DNA from: Macrostomum lignano
Lineage: Eukaryota
Assembly (NCBI GenBank): GCA_002269645.1
Contig: NIVC01000459.1
Location: 1-64,000 of the forward strand
Direction of reading: 5' to 3'
DNA length: 64,000 nt
Translations under genes and position numbers: made by a program
Shown here: one piece after another, positions 21,001 to 32,609 of the stretch
How positions within the stretch are numbered: position 1 is the first letter of the stretch
How the letters are laid out: each line of letters opens with the position of its first letter
The notes under the pieces: generated by a model
Told to the model about the DNA's origin: nothing
The model's database searches: none
What the model saw: only the letters and a program-made list of their open reading frames with translations

Positions 21001-24000
21001 AGATCCTCAGTTGCTGGGCCAGCCTCCCAGAGTGTCAGTTGCTGGGCCAGCCTCCCAGAGTGTCAGTTGTTGGGCCAGCCTCTCAGAATGACAGTTGCTG
21101 GGCCAGCCTCCCAGATCCTTAGTTGCTGGGCCAGCCTCCCAGATCCTCAGTTGCTGGGCCAGCCTCCCAGATCCTCAGTTGCTGGGCCACAGCCTCCCAG
21201 ATCCTCAGTTGCTGGGCCACAGCCTCCCAGATCCTCAGTTGCTGGGCCACAGCCTCCCAGATCCTCAGTTGCTGGGCCACAGCCTCCCAGATCCTCAGTT
21301 GCTGGGCCACAGCCTCCCAGATCCTCAGTTGCTGGGCCACAGCCTCCCAGATCCTCAGTTGCTGTGCCAACACCATCCCAGATCCTCAGTTGCTGGGCCA
21401 TAGCCTCTCAGATCCTCTGTTGCTGGGCCAGCCTCCCAGATCCTCAGTTGCTGGGCCACAGCCTCCCAGATCCTCAGTTGCTGGGCCACAGCCTCCCAGA
21501 TCCTCAGTTGCTGGGCCAGCCTCCCAGATCCTCAGTTGCTGGGCCACAGCCTCCCAGATCCTCAGTTGCTGGGCCACAGCCTCCCAGATCCTCAGTTGCT
21601 GGGCCACAGCCTCCCAGATCCTCAGTTGCTGGGCCACAGCCTCCCAGATCCTCAGTTGCTGTGCCAACACCATCCCAGATCCTCAGTTGCTGGGCCACAG
21701 CCTCTCAGATCCTCAGTTGCTGGGCCAGCCTCCCAGATCCTCAGTTGCTGGGCCAGCCTCCCAGATCCTCAGTTGCTGGGCCACAGCCTCCCAGATCCTC
21801 AGTTGCTGGGCCACAGCCTCCCAGATCCTCAGTTGCTGGGCCACAGCCTCCCAGATCCTCAGTTGCTGGGCCACAGCCTCCCAGATCCTCAGTTGCTGGG
21901 CCACAGCCTCCCAGATCCTCAGTTGCTGGGCCACCAGCCGCCGCCCTCCCATTCTATCTGCAATTCAAGCCAGTCCTGTTCTAACACGTTTTCCTTTACT
22001 CTCGAATCCGCAAAATATAATGATGATATCCTAATTAACAGGCTATTTGATATGTATTCATTAGCATAATTGATATGCATACTCCACCAACGCTGAGCTG
22101 CGCGGATGGTATATTGAACTACTTATAATAATAAACTAGCCTGGATAGTTCCCGATTTCTCACAGTTTCAACTATAAATTCCCAACTGGAACGTCAGGTC
22201 GCCTTGGAGAAACGCCGCGAAGAAGTCGGCACCACCGAGGCCAAGACTCGATCAATGCTATCGCTAATTTGCAGCGACGAAATTGAAACTGACGAAGAGA
22301 AACGAGTCCAGTGCCTCAATAACATGACCGCCCTGTGCCGCCAGCCTGCCTGCCGGCTAGCTCTGTGGGATTCGCCCGGTCTGGTGCCCAGAGTGCTGCA
22401 ACTGGCTACTAAATCTGTCAACTCGTCGCCTAATACCTTTGAAGCCGCCGCCCGGCTGCTATCTAATCTCACTAAGGACTCGGCTGAGCGGAGTCGCCTA
22501 CTGTTGGACACCATCTCTGTGCAGGGCGTGCACCGGCTGCTGGTGCTGTCCGAGTCTGACACTATTTCCCGTTCCCTGCTGATGCTGCTCAAATCTCTGG
22601 TGTGGGAGATGGCTGGTATTGGAGAGTATAGGTGAGAAATCTGATTATTGGTGTCTGTGTGCCGCCATGTGACATTGAATAGTGTGTCTGTGTGTGTGCC
22701 GCCATGTGACATTGAATAGTGTGTCTGTGTGTGTGCCGCCATGTGACATTGAATAGTGTGTCTGTGTGTGTGCCGCCATGTGACATTGAATAGTGTGTCT
22801 GTGTGTGTGCCGCCATGTGACATTGAATAGTGTGTCTGTGTGTGGTGTGGCGCCATGTGACATTGAATAGTGTGTATGTGTGGTGTGGCATTGTGACATT
22901 GAATAGTGTGTCTATGTGTGGTGTGGCGCCATGTGACATTGAATAGTGTGTCTGTGTGGAGTGGCGCCGTGTGACATTGAATAGTGTGTATGTGTGTGGG
23001 GTGGCGCCGTGTGACATTGAATAGTGTGTATGTGTGTGGGGTGGCGCCGTGTGACATTGAATAGTGTGTCTGTGTGTGGCGCCATGTCACATTGAATAGT
23101 GTGTCTGTGTGTGGTGTGGCATCGTGACATTGAATAGTGTGTCTGTGTGTGGTGTGGCATTGTGACATTGAATAGTGTGTCTGTGTGTGGTGTGGCATTG
23201 TGACATTGAATAGTGTGTTTGTGTGTGGTGTGGCATTGTGACATTGAATAGTGTGTCTGTGTGTGGTGTGGCATTGTGACATTGAATAGTGTGTCTGTGT
23301 GTGGCGCCATTGGACATGTCCAATGTACATTCGTATCATTAACAAATGCAGCTGTGCACACAAATGATGCTTATTGATAAACAATAGATACTACTGACAG
23401 TAAAACAAACTGACGAGATTCGGATCTGATCGTGCAAGCCCTGTATCAAACAGTCTATTAGTTCAATCTATACTAATATAATGTAATGAGTTTAAATGCC
23501 TTCTTTTATTTTTAAACAGGAAGCGACGCAGCAAAGCGGAAGAAGATCGGCGCAAATCCCTAGCCATGGGCATGGTTGCTAAGCCGCTGCCTCAGCTGTT
23601 GCTTAGCGACGAAATTGCTCAGCGTATTGACGCCCTACTGCGAGAATTGCTACAGGCTTCGCATAGCAACCGGCTGCAGGCTTTTACTAGAGATTCCGTG
23701 CTGGAGCTGCTGGTAATTTTATTAATAGTTGTGTTGATGTAGGCTAAATATATATGTAAGCCCTATAAGAGTGGAACGGTCACATGTTGCCTATGTGACC
23801 GTTCTGTGACCCTCTAACACCGGTATCGCATGTAACACTCCATTCTGACCTTCTGATGTCACCCTCACATAAACCTAGTGACCGTTCCGTTACGGTCACA
23901 TTTGACGGTCACAAGTGTGACAGACAGTGTCACATTCTTGACGGTCACAAAAAATGTGACCATCGTACTTTTATGCTGATTTTAAGTCTTAATAATCAAT

Positions 24001-27000
24001 ACTAATTAATCTATCCCTTCTACAGGTGATGCTAATCAATAAGAAGGAATCCCTAGCCTGGTACAAACAGTTCCTAGACTGCGGCGGAATTGAGACTATA
24101 CTCAACGTTACTTGCGCTTTTCACAAAGGCTCGCACGAGCATCTGCGAGTGACTGAGGACACTAGGCGTCACGCTTCTTTACTATTGGCCAGGGTCTACG
24201 ATGATTTGACTTCGGATCAGATGCGTCAGACTTTCCGAGAGGCCGCCTGTACTTTTGTAATGGACCTGCTCACCGATAAATTCTTCGATTCTAAAATTGA
24301 AGCCTTGAATGCGCTTGGCGCCCTGCTTGAGGGGCCGCACGAGATTGCGCAGTCTATTATTGGCAGCGAGGGCATTTTGGAGGGTGAGTGCTTGTATTGG
24401 GCTGATCAGGGCTCGGGAAAAATACGGCCCGCGAAGCCTCTCTATCCGTTCCTCGGGTCCTTTGAAACGCTAATGGGTCACTATCCGGCCTGCTCAAGGT
24501 TTGTGTCTCTTCTCAGCTCTCTCTCTCCTCCCCTCTCTCCCCTCCACTCTCCTCTCTCCCCGTCTCCGCTTCCTCTACCGTCTCTATCTCCCTCTCTTCT
24601 CTCCGTTCTCCTCTCTCCCCTCTCAACTCCCCTCTCCTCTCTCCCCTCTTCTACCCTCTCTTATTTCTCCTCTCTCCCCCTCCCCCCCTCTCCTCTCTCC
24701 CTCTCCTCCCCTTCTCTCCCCCTCCCCCTCTCCTCTCTCCCCTCCCCTCCCCCTCCTCTCCCCTCTCCTCTCCCTCTGGGCTCTCCTCACTCCTCTCTTT
24801 TCAGCTCTCGTCTCTTATCTCTCCTTTTCTCTTTATTTTCTCTTCTCTCTAAACGGCATTCAAACGCTAAATTCTGTCTGGTCCATAAGTTAAGTTACCG
24901 ACTTCTGGGCTAGATGCTAATTCTGTCTAGCTCTTATCCCTTAACAGCTCTGACTCCCATTGAGAGTCGCCTCATTCAATTGGCTTGAATTATTTCGATC
25001 TAGCTAAAGACCACTTTTTTAAAGCGATTACAGGCTTTAAAATGCATTGGTGCATTCATCGGACTTTGTGTCTGTCTCTATTGATAAAACGGTTACTCAA
25101 CCTCTTCATCGTTCGCAGGCGTCCTACTTCTAGCTCAGAGCGGCATAGAACTGCACCAGCGCCTCGCCCTGGAGACTTTAGTGCTGGCAATCAGCAAGAA
25201 AGCCAAAGCCGACTCGGTGCTGCGCTCAGCTATGCCTGTACTCCAGCAGCTGTACACTAGCGGCAAAGATTCTATTAAAGTCCGGGCTCTAGTCGGCCTG
25301 TGCAAACTGGGCACCGCTAGCGGCTCGGACAGCTCCTGTCGCGGCCTGGCCGACGGATCCAATGTAGTGCTGGCCAAGTCTTGTCGACGATTCCTGGCTA
25401 ATCCGGACAAAGACTTGGACCTGCGTCGGTGGGCTGTTGAGGGGCTCGCCTTTCTGTGCTTGGACGCTGAGGTGAGATTAGCTTTTCCCACTGGTTTCTT
25501 AGTCCCTGGGAACTAAGAATGTCGCTAATGTGTCACTAAGGTTGTCGCTAATGTGTCACTAAGGGTGTCGCTAATGTGTCACTAAGGATGTCGCTAATGT
25601 GTCACTAAGGATGTCGCTAATGTGTCATTAAGGGTGTCGCTAATGTGTCATTAAGGGTGTCGCTAATGTGTCACTAAGGATGTCGCTAATGTGTCACTAA
25701 GGATGTCGCTAATGTGTCACTAAGGATGTCGCTAATGTGTCATTAAGGGTGTCGCTAATGTGTCACTAAGGATGTCGCTAATGTGTCACTAAGGGTGTCG
25801 CTAATGTGTCACTAAGGGTGTCGCTAATGTGTCACTAAGGGTGTCGCTAATGTGTCACTAAGGGTGTCGCTAATGTGTCATTAAGGGTGTCGCTAATGTG
25901 TCACTAAGGATGTCGCTAATGTGTCACTAAGGGTGTCGCTAATGTGTCACTAAGGGTGTCGCTAATGTGTCACTAAGGGTGTCGCTAATGTGTCACCAAT
26001 GATGTCGCTAATGTGTTACTAATAATGTCACTAATGATGTCTCTAATGTGTCACTAAGGGTGTCGCTAATGTGTCACTAAAAATTTCACTAATGTGTCAC
26101 TAAGAATGTCGCTAATGTGTCACTAATGATGTCGCTAATGTGTTATATAGTATCGATCACTTTCAAATGCGTTTCTCTATTAATTAAATTGAAATTGAAA
26201 ACAGGTGAAAGAGGACCTATGCGAGCACACTGAAGCTCTGCAGGCCCTATCGGATCTGGCTCTGCGCTCGCGCGATCCCGCCATTGTTTATCCGTGCGCC
26301 GCTGTGCTAGTGAACCTCACTAACAGCTACGATAAGCAGGACATCATGCCAGAGATGGTTGAACTAGCCAAATTCGCTAAGCACCACGTGCCCAAGGAGC
26401 ACGAGAAGGACGGGCACGCCTGGGTTGAAGGTCGGATTAATCGGCTAGTGAAGGCTGGTATGCTGCCGGCTCTGGTGCAGCTCGCCTCCGTGTCGGATAA
26501 GGCTATGCAGGTGAGTTGCCAAATATAGGATATCTAAGACAAGCCCCATCAGTTTTTTTACCGTGCAGTAGTACTAGTATTTTGGCCAAGCAAAAATTCC
26601 ACTTTTGGCCGAAAAAAATCCTGTTTTTTTCCAAGCAAAAGGATCGAATTTTTGTCCGAGCAAAATAATCGAGTTTTTGTCCGAGCAAAAGAATCGAATT
26701 TTTGTCCGAGCCAAAGAATCGAATTTTTGTCCGAGCAAAATAATCGATTTTTTGTCCGAGCAAAATAATCGAGTTTTTGTTCGAGCAAAAGAATCCAGTT
26801 TTTGTCCGAGCAAAGGAATCCAGTTTTTGGCCGAGCAAAATAATCCAGTTTTTGTCCGAGCAAAAGAATCCCGCCAGTTTTTGGCCGAGCAAAAAAAGAA
26901 TCGATTTTTTGCCCGAGCAAAAGAATCGAGTTTTAAGTACTCTACTTAAGTACAGTAGAAATATAGGAAAATACGTCAAACGATAAAAAGTGAATCTTTA

Positions 27001-28440
27001 TAATTTACTTCTACTAAAAATAATAATTTTCTAAATATGTGACACATCGGTTGTCCAACCCCTATTCCGCAATCAATCTGCAGGTCACCAACACCTGTCG
27101 CGAACTGCTCAGCCGAGTCTTTCTGGCCACCCTCACCATGCCGGAGCACCGCGGCCCGGCCGTGGCAGCCGGCGCGGCCAAGGCGCTGCTGTCCCTGGCC
27201 AACAGTCGAAACACGGACGGTGGCCAGGTGCTGGCTGCCCAAGCTCTGGCCAGGCTGGCCGTCAGCCTCAACCCGGAGACCGCCTTCCCCGGACAGCGGG
27301 CAGCCGAGCTGGTCCGGCCGCTCAATCAGCTGCTGCACGCGGAGGCCAACTCGCTGCAGGTGATTATTGAGCACCTTGGGGCTACTTTTAGTTCTGCTTT
27401 CTGGTAGAGTAAATAGCTCCTCGAGAGAGTCACTCTTTAGCCTCATTGAGAATCACTCTTACCCAATTGAGAATCACTCACCCTATTGAGGATCACTCTC
27501 ATCCAATTGGGAATCACTCTCACCCCATTGAGAATCATTCTCACTCCATTGAGAATCACTCTCATCCAATTGGGAATCACTCTCACCCCATCGAGAACCA
27601 CTCTCACCCCACTGAGAATCACCCTCACTCCATTAAGAATCACTCTTGAACACACCCCAGGTGTACGAGGCCCTGCTAGCCCTGACCAACCTGGCCAGCG
27701 CCGGCGACAGCCTCCGCTCCCGCCTGCTGTCCGAGATCGGTCTCGGCCGCATCCGTCACTACATGTACGACGATCATAGGCAGCTCCGTATAGCCGCCAC
27801 CGAGTGCCTGTGCAACCTCTGCCTGCTGGACAAGGTCGGCGATTCCATAGCTGCCGCCGCCGCTGCCGGCACCTCCGAGGACGTCAAACTGATGCTGCTG
27901 TTCTGCGCTCCGCCGCGCGACGCGGACGAATCAACGGCCGAAGCCGCCGACGACAAAAAAGAGAAGCTGGCCCCAATTAACGAGGGAGGCGACGGCGAGG
28001 ACAAACTCGAACCCTTGGTTAAGCCAGAAGATAACGAGGCTACTACAGCTGCCCCCGCCGCGCCAGAGGAGCCGCCGGAGACGCCGGCCGATCGCGAGCG
28101 CCTCGTCATGGCCGCCTCAGGCGCCTTGGCCCAACTGACCACCAGAGTGGAAGTGGTCGGCCGGATGCTCTCGTATCCCGTCTGGCCAGACTCCATGTCT
28201 TACCTGGCCTCGCATCCTAATCCGCTAATTGCTCATCGCGGCTTGTACATCCTGCGGAATGCGTGCGCCTGCACCGACTCGGAGCTGGCCGCCCGGGTGG
28301 CCGCCTCCCCGCTGCTTGAAGTGCTGATGGCCGTCAGCAGGCTGGACAATGAGCCGGCGTTTAAGGCGGCCCGCGACCTGGCCAAGGAGGCTCTGGACTG
28401 CCTGGCCAAGGCGGGGTTCATTCGCTCAGTGGCTCCCTGA
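18039..28440 (+). CDS. unc-45: Myosin chaperone UNC-45 (TPR + central + UCS domains), ~1030 aa
   Basis: Exons 18039-18431, 22198-22631, 23520-23712, 24026-24383, 25119-25471, 26205-26510, 27084-27359, 27661-28440 join to 3093 nt in frame. TPR ([32 protein letters not shown]), [72 protein letters not shown]. Confidence 0.96.
18520..21935. repeat. 3.4-kb 28/30-bp minisatellite (GGGCCACAGCCTCCCAGATCCTCAGTTGCT) with higher-order blocks, UNC-45 intron 1
   Basis: Tandem units; variant marker CAGAATGACAG recurs at 18870, 19307, 19595, 20002, 20647 and 21084. Confidence 0.97.
22015..22101 (+). ncRNA. Box C/D snoRNA candidate, family 1 copy c (UNC-45 intron 1)
   Basis: C ATGATGA 22020-22026; TTAACAGGCTA-T + D' TTGA; C' TGATAT; ACTCCACCAAC-G + D CTGA 22093-22096; ~101 nt to the acceptor at 22197. 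Confidence 0.78.
22645..23310. repeat. ~36-40-bp minisatellite (GTGACATTGAATAGTGTGTCTGTGTGTGGTGTGGC) in UNC-45 intron 2
   Basis: Tandem units read directly. Confidence 0.92.
23356..23435 (+). ncRNA. Box C/D RNA candidate, family 2 copy c (UNC-45 intron 2)
   Basis: ATGATGC 23364-23370; ACAATAGATACTA + D' CTGA 23394-23397; C' TGACGA; TTCGGAT + D CTGA 23426-23429; flanks GCAC/GTGC can pair; 90 nt to the acceptor at 23519. Confidence 0.75.
24500..24850. repeat. CT-rich low-complexity tract, UNC-45 intron 4
   Basis: Polypyrimidine (CTCC/CTCT) run. Confidence 0.9.
25515..26145. repeat. 22-bp minisatellite (GTCGCTAATGTGTCACTAAGGG), UNC-45 intron 5
   Basis: About 28 tandem units. Confidence 0.95.
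26580..26935. repeat. ~24-bp minisatellite (TTTTTGTCCGAGCAAAAGAATCGA), UNC-45 intron 6
   Basis: Tandem units read directly. Confidence 0.88.
27445..27645. repeat. 21-bp minisatellite (GAGAATCACTCTCACCCCATT), UNC-45 intron 7
   Basis: About 9 tandem units. Confidence 0.88.
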
Positions 28441-28479
28441 TTGAGCGTGCCGCAGCGTTTTGTCCGGAGTTGATTGATC

Positions 28480-29020
28480 ATTTATTGATTAGTATTGATC
28501 GATTTCTGATAAGCATCGATTGATTATTGATAAGCATCGATTGATTATTGATAAGCATCAATTGATTATTGATAAGCATTGATAAGCATCAATTGGTTAT
28601 TGATAAGCATCAATTGATTATTGATAAGCATTGATAAGCATCAATTGGTTATTGATAAGCATCAATTGATTATTGATAAGCATTGATAAGCATCAATTGA
28701 TTATTGATAAGCATTGATAAGCATCAATTGGTTATTGATAAGCATCAATTGATTATTGATAAGCATTGATAAGCATCAATTGATTATTGATAAGCATTGA
28801 TAAGCATCAATTGATTATTGATAAGCATCAATTGATTATTGATAAGCATTGATAAGCATCAATTGATTATTGATAAGCATCGATTGGTTATTGATAAGCA
28901 TCGATTGATTATTGATAAGCATCGATTGGTTATTGATAAGCATCGATTGATTATTGATAAGCATCGATTGGTTATTGATAAGCATCGATTGATTATTGAT
29001 CAGCATCGATGAATTATTGA
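28480..29020. repeat. AT-rich minisatellite (ATTGATTATTGATAAGCATC variants) after the UNC-45 stop
   Basis: Tandem units read directly. Confidence 0.92.
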
Positions 29021-31061
29021 AACATTTGTTGCATGAGTTTAACATTTTTCGTGGCTACTTTTTAGTAGTCTGATTTGCGCATTATATCATAATTAAGAAT
29101 TATGCTTCACCTATACCATTTAAATTGTTATTCAGCTAATGTCAAGTCTTAAAGAAGCTCTTACACTTATCCAGCCAATTCGACAAATCGCGGAGCATAT
29201 TGATGCTTATAATTTATATTCTAGTTTGCTATGCCTATTGTTTGCTGTGCTATATTGTCATTTAGTATCGCATGTTTCCCCTAACACACCTGCATGGCCT
29301 TGTATCTACCCTGTGTGCTCTTTCTAAACTAGTCAAATCAGTATTGCATGATGTTTGCTATAGCAATTATGTCTGCGTGTTTTTATGTAGTTTTCTTAGT
29401 AAATTTTCCATTTCCCATCCTGTTGTTAGCCCAATTTTAATCAGAATGTTTGTCAGAACTTTTTTAATCTCAGTTTTTGAGCTGCCTATATCACGCCTAT
29501 TGTCTACAGGTGCACGTAAGACGTTAGACGACATTAAATTTAAAGTAAACATTTTCACAAAGCCTGTTTTTTCTCTTCTCGCCTTGAACTTGTTAAAACT
29601 CAACAGTATTGAAAAGGTGTTTGTCTTAATTGTTTAGAACTGATAGGAGCCGAGTTTATTTAAGGTTAAACTTACTTTACATTAGATAAGATTAAACAGC
29701 TGCACAAAATAGCATAACAAATTGATAAGCAATTGTGCAGAGTACAGCAAAAAGACTCTAAAAACACGGCGTCCGCTATAGGTGCTAGCTTGGGGTAGGC
29801 TTAATAATTCCAGAATTCTGGTTTTCTCCAGAGGTTATCTACAAAGTTGATTTGGCTGTAACTCAGCCGGCTCGAAAAAGACGATAATAATATATATGAT
29901 GCTACGAGTATGAAGAAATATTCAATAGACTTATTTCATTAAAGCTTTGTTTCAAGGCATTTCAAGCTTCCACATCCATTCCAATAACTTTAAGACATCC
30001 CTGACCAGGCCAGCTGACTCCCGCTCTGCTGCATCCCCCTGCTGTCTCGGCTCCGTCTCCCACTCAGCCACACGTGCCTGCCCGGAGCCTCCTTTTCTTT
30101 CTGCACCTCACCCGTCTCCCCGCTTCCCATGCGCCCCACCCCATCTATCATGTACTTCTCCTGCTTCCCATCTTTTTGTCACGTTTTAGCTCGTTTTTCT
30201 TGCGCTGTCCCCTCATCCCGTGGTTACTTACAGTACTTCTTGTACTCACCGTCGCCCCATCTCCTTCTAGAATCCCAAACGATGACGCAAGCCTTCTGAT
30301 CCCCTCCCGCACCTCGATGACTCATCACCCCCTCTTGCGCAACCTTTTCTCATGCTATTGTTCTCTTCTCAAGATTTCTCATGCGACACCCACCCCACCT
30401 CCGCTTCTATTGCTTTCGTTTTTTATTCTTTTGTTGTCGTTTTCGCACCTAATTATCACATTTTCCCAGATTTTCTCGTTCTATTGTTCTCCTTTTCGCA
30501 CCGAATTAGCACCTTTTCTTCTATGTTTATTTTTCTATTGTTCTCGGTTCTCCCCAATTATCCCCGATTTCCATCTCCTTTGTTCTCGACCCGAGCCCCA
30601 TTGTTCTCAATGTTTGCTTGCGCAACACTTTCTCGACCCCCCGCTGTGCTCATTATGCACCCACCCCAACTCCGGATTGCGCAATTTTCCCATTTCTCAT
30701 GTTGCTATGGCGTTTTCATGCTTCTCATCATGACTCATTCTGACGTCATTTCTCCGGCAGCCAATCAGAGAGAGGGAGTCATGGAAACGACCTTGGAGCG
30801 GCGGCTGTGAGGCCTATTTAATGAAGCGGTTTTCTGCATGAGAACACTCAACCTTGCTTCTCCTCGTCCTATCTTTGGACTTACTGTCAGACGTTGATCT
30901 GACCCATTCGTCTATAGGACGAATCCCTGCCGGTCCGCGGTCTGTTACCGCCCAGCATCCTCATCATCGCCTGAGCTACGTCAGCGCCTCGTCGCCTCAG
31001 CGCATCGCCGCTTCACGTCCTGCCTGTCCGCAGTCAACAGCCGTCCTCGGTCACTCCATCG

Positions 31062-31122
<61 letters not shown>
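31062..31122. repeat. (CT)n microsatellite
   Basis: Read directly. Confidence 0.95.
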
Positions 31123-31129
<7 letters not shown>

Positions 31130-32609
31130 AGCTACCGGTAAGTTCCTGTACTAATTTGTGCTCTAATTACCTTTGCTTATCCGGGGTTTGCTTATTTCCC
31201 ATTGCTTGATTAGAGAGCTGAGCCAATTGTGTTACCGTATCTTTGCTGTATTTTACTCAATAGTGAAGCCGCCTAATTGCCTGTTCATTTTGCCTAAGGG
31301 CCTAATTATTAACCATTACTAAACTCCTCATTATTCACACTTTCATTATCATTTCATTCATGGCTTGCTAAGCCTTTCTCCCTGGGTGGCAAAGCATAAG
31401 GAAGTTTGGGTAAGCTTATGGCCTCTCCCCGTGCAAAGCCCGCCTGTGTGTGCGTGCTGCGGGTTCGTGTGTGCGTGCAGTAGAAGGAAGTAGCGGGTCT
31501 TGGCACAGAATGGCAGCAGGAAGGTTGCAACCCCATGCTGACGCGTCCCTTCGCCCTGAGCAATCTAAACTATAGCTAGTAAATGTTCGCCTCACACTAC
31601 TCTTAGTAATTGAAACCGAAGTCGGCCTCGTTCACAGCTACAAAGGATCCCCTGCTGAGAAATTCTCCAGATTGAGCCCAGAGTTCCCTATCATGCCTCA
31701 AGCAGAGTCCCTGTGCTCGGCTGCATGCGTCTCCCCTGTTAGCCTAAATCCCCTGGTAACCAATCCAGGCGGGGCTCTAGCCTCGAGAGGTCTAGTAGTA
31801 AGATCCAGGTGCGCCAGGTCACAGAGAGTGGTGGAGCCTCGAGAGGTCTAGTAGTAAGATCCAGGTGCGCCAGGTCACAGAGAGTGGTGGCAGCCACTCG
31901 GTCATGCTATGACCGAGTGACCAACTATTGCACCTTGGCTACGGGTGGGGTCCATGTGGGTCCTTGGCCCTCTGGTCACGAAAGCGCTATCAAAGCTATC
32001 AATCATGTGGGCGGGACAGTCTGTTGCTGGAGGTCCGTCAGGTCATTGCCCGGTCATAGGCTGCCTACGGTCATTACCCCCTATGGTCATACGTTCGCCT
32101 CCGAGTGGAGCTGACGGGCGTCAAGGGCGGTTACATCAAAATGGTGGCAGCGGTAAATCTGCGGAACTTCGTGGAAAGATTCGCCTATGCTTCTGTTCGT
32201 TTCATTTTTCTATACGCTTGTAAAGACGCCTGTTGCAATACAGTATGAGTCCTGTCAAGGCGGCTGGGGCGTGAAGAGAAGCTCAAATTCGTAGAAGCTC
32301 ATACTCGTATGTTGAGTGAGGGTAGCTAAATCAACAAGGGAAATACGAGAGAGACAGATAGACAGAGAGACAAAGAGAGAGAAAAGAGAAAAGAATAGAG
32401 ATCTCAGGAGTTCTCAGCCCGTATGCACGTGTACAACTGATGAGGACGGACTGCTGATGTGACGGCACATGAGCTCATTCCATGTATGGTACTTAAATTA
32501 CTACTGCCAATAGTAACGGCATTTTCTTCTCCTTCTCTTTGCTATTACTGTTTTCCTTCCCTCTCTTCAATCTTTTCTTTTTATCCTTTGCCTGCCCCAT
32601 TAATTTAAA

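Noticed and set aside
18464-22069. Many overlapping 200-480 aa ORFs
   Set aside because: Products of the 28/30-bp array inside UNC-45 intron 1.
29100-29640. Short ORFs resembling a retroelement RT thumb
   Set aside because: No diagnostic motif; similarity too weak.
31690-31800. HDV-like ribozyme
   Set aside because: A GGCTAA motif and one hairpin exist on the minus strand, but P1/P2/P3 pairings could not be built.
32430-32480. Hammerhead ribozyme (CTGATGAG)
   Set aside because: No GAAA core or closing helices follow.
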